A program made the translations under genes and the position numbers. From NCBI GenBank assembly GCA_019310965.1, contig JAFDDG010000030.1, positions 2,390-66,389 on the forward strand: DNA of 64,000 nt, read 5' to 3'. Positions 63,011 to 64,000 of the stretch are shown here, one piece after another. The notes under the pieces were generated by a model that did no database searches, had not been told where the DNA came from, and worked only from the letters and a program-made list of their open reading frames with translations. The first letter of the stretch is position 1, and each line of letters starts with the position of its first letter. This DNA comes from Deltaproteobacteria bacterium (GTDB lineage Bacteria; Myxococcota_A; UBA9160; SMWR01).

Positions 63011-64000
63011 TCAGTTGCGCTGGCCGCCCAGCAGCCCTTCGAGACCTTGACGCAGCAGCTCGCTGCCGACCTCTTCCGGCGTCGGCGCCCGCTCGGGCGT
63101 GGGCGCCGGCTCGGGCTCCCGCTCGGGCTCGGCGGCCGGCGGCTGCGGGGCGGGCTCCTGCCCCAGCGCTTCGCCCAGGATGCCGCCGAGCAGCCCGCCG
63201 GGCTGGGCCGGCGCAGGCGCACCCGCGCCCTCCGGTCTCGCGGGTTCGACGCCGAGGGCATCGCCGAGCACGTCCATCAGTGCCTCCCGCGCCACGTTGC
63301 CCGCCAGCTTCGAAACGTCCGGCACCACGGCCACCTTCGGCGGCGCGCCGCGCAGCGCTACCGGCAGCGCGACGCGGCCATCGCGGTTGCGGATGTAACG
63401 CAGGCCCGGCTCTGCGGCGAGTAGCTCCTGACTCAGCTGCTCGCCGAAGACCAGCGCCATCTTGAAATCGAGCTCTCCGGCCAGCGAGTAGCGGCCCGCT
63501 CCGTTCAACACGTACTGCGTCGTGCGCACCACCAGCTCGCGCACCTGCAACCAGCCCTGGCGAATCTCGAAGTGCGAAACGAGATCGTCGATGCGGGTGT
63601 CTCCCCTGCCGAGTAGCTCGGGGTGCGCCTCGAGCACGCGGCCGATGCCGCTTCCGCCAACCCCGGGAATCACCATCAAGGCGCGCAGCGTGTCACCCGC
63701 GGGATTGAAGTCCTTGAGCACGCCATCCGAAAGCCTGAGCTCGCCAGCACCGGTGATCACCTGCCGGATCTGCTCCCAGCCATTGCCGGAGCCGTTCAGA
63801 TCGACTCGGGCGTCGATGTTGCCGTTCAGCAGCCGCGCCGCGCGGCCGGCCACCATCTCCAGCAGCGATTCGATGCGCATGCCCGAGAGCTGGGTGTCGA
63901 AGTCGAAGCGCGGAGCTGCATCGGGGCGCAACTCGACACGGCCGCTGCCGCGCAGCGTCCCGTCGAAAGCGTTCGCGGTGAGGCTCTCGATCTCATAGCG
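63011..64000 (-). CDS. AsmA-family protein, C-terminal part (gene continues beyond window end)
   Basis: In the frame of ORF 63011..63931, which stays open to 64000. AsmA-like C-terminal strings are LNGSGNGWEQI, GELRLSDGVLKDFN and VLNGAGRYSLAGELDFKM. A Pro/Glu/Ala-rich tail follows. Confidence 0.65.
   Translation of the reverse strand, partial: RYEIESLTANAFDGTLRGSGRVELRPDAAPRFDFDTQLSGMRIESLLEMVAGRAARLLNGNIDARVDLNGSGNGWEQIRQVITGAGELRLSDGVLKDFNPAGDTLRALMVIPGVGGSGIGRVLEAHPELLGRGDTRIDDLVSHFEIRQGWLQVRELVVRTTQYVLNGAGRYSLAGELDFKMALVFGEQLSQELLAAEPGLRYIRNRDGRVALPVALRGAPPKVAVVPDVSKLAGNVAREALMDVLGDALGVEPARPEGAGAPAPAQPGGLLGGILGEALGQEPAPQPPAAEPEREPEPAPTPERAPTPEEVGSELLRQGLEGLLGGQRN

Overview
The window is a high-GC chromosomal segment from a Gram-negative bacterium, possibly Myxococcota or another deltaproteobacterial-like lineage (a guess from gene content and style). 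Genes are densely packed, about 55 CDS. I saw no rRNA, tRNA, CRISPR array, transposase or integrase. All product calls come from reading the translated ORFs and recalling family motifs; no database search was run. Many long Arg/Ala/Pro/Gly-rich ORFs in the track are antisense or off-frame shadows of real genes and were ignored.

Content in order:
- A divergent ExbB/TolQ fragment and a TonB-like gene, the latter followed by a roughly 1090-aa secreted acidic protein made of about 38 DxDxDG-type repeats.
- A translationally coupled DUF455 ferritin-like and ATP-grasp pair.
- A nitrogen module: Fis-type HTH, a textbook sigma-54 promoter, amtB-glnK, and a sigma-54 activator with a degenerate receiver.
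- Two tandem vapBC toxin-antitoxin pairs.
- A five-gene oxygenase operon led by a CYP51-ferredoxin fusion (CYP51-Fdx, Baeyer-Villiger monooxygenase, cupin, sterol-desaturase-family hydroxylase, LLM oxidoreductase), with a divergent TetR and a hydroxysteroid-dehydrogenase-like SDR.
- Housekeeping and beta-oxidation-type genes, cca, and a diguanylate cyclase.
- A roughly 14-kb envelope glycoconjugate locus with at least three (possibly four) GT-C-type membrane glycosyltransferases, three alkaline-phosphatase-superfamily enzymes, a histidine phosphatase and an SDR.
- gpmI, a MATE pump and lipoproteins.
- An OMP barrel coupled to a 6x45-aa repeat propeller with a PEP-CTERM-like tail.
- An AIM24-like protein and a 50-aa protein that is 62% Lys/Arg.
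- A fused membrane/spermidine-synthase-like protein.
- An MFP-RND efflux pair in which the RND gene is broken by an exact 16-bp tandem duplication.
- PAP2, EamA, a perfect 32-bp inverted repeat, an LplA-like gene, NhaP and a partial AsmA.

The best candidates for something new are the CYP51-centred oxygenase cluster, the GT-C/LtaS-like envelope locus, and the giant calcium-loop repeat protein in the TonB operon.
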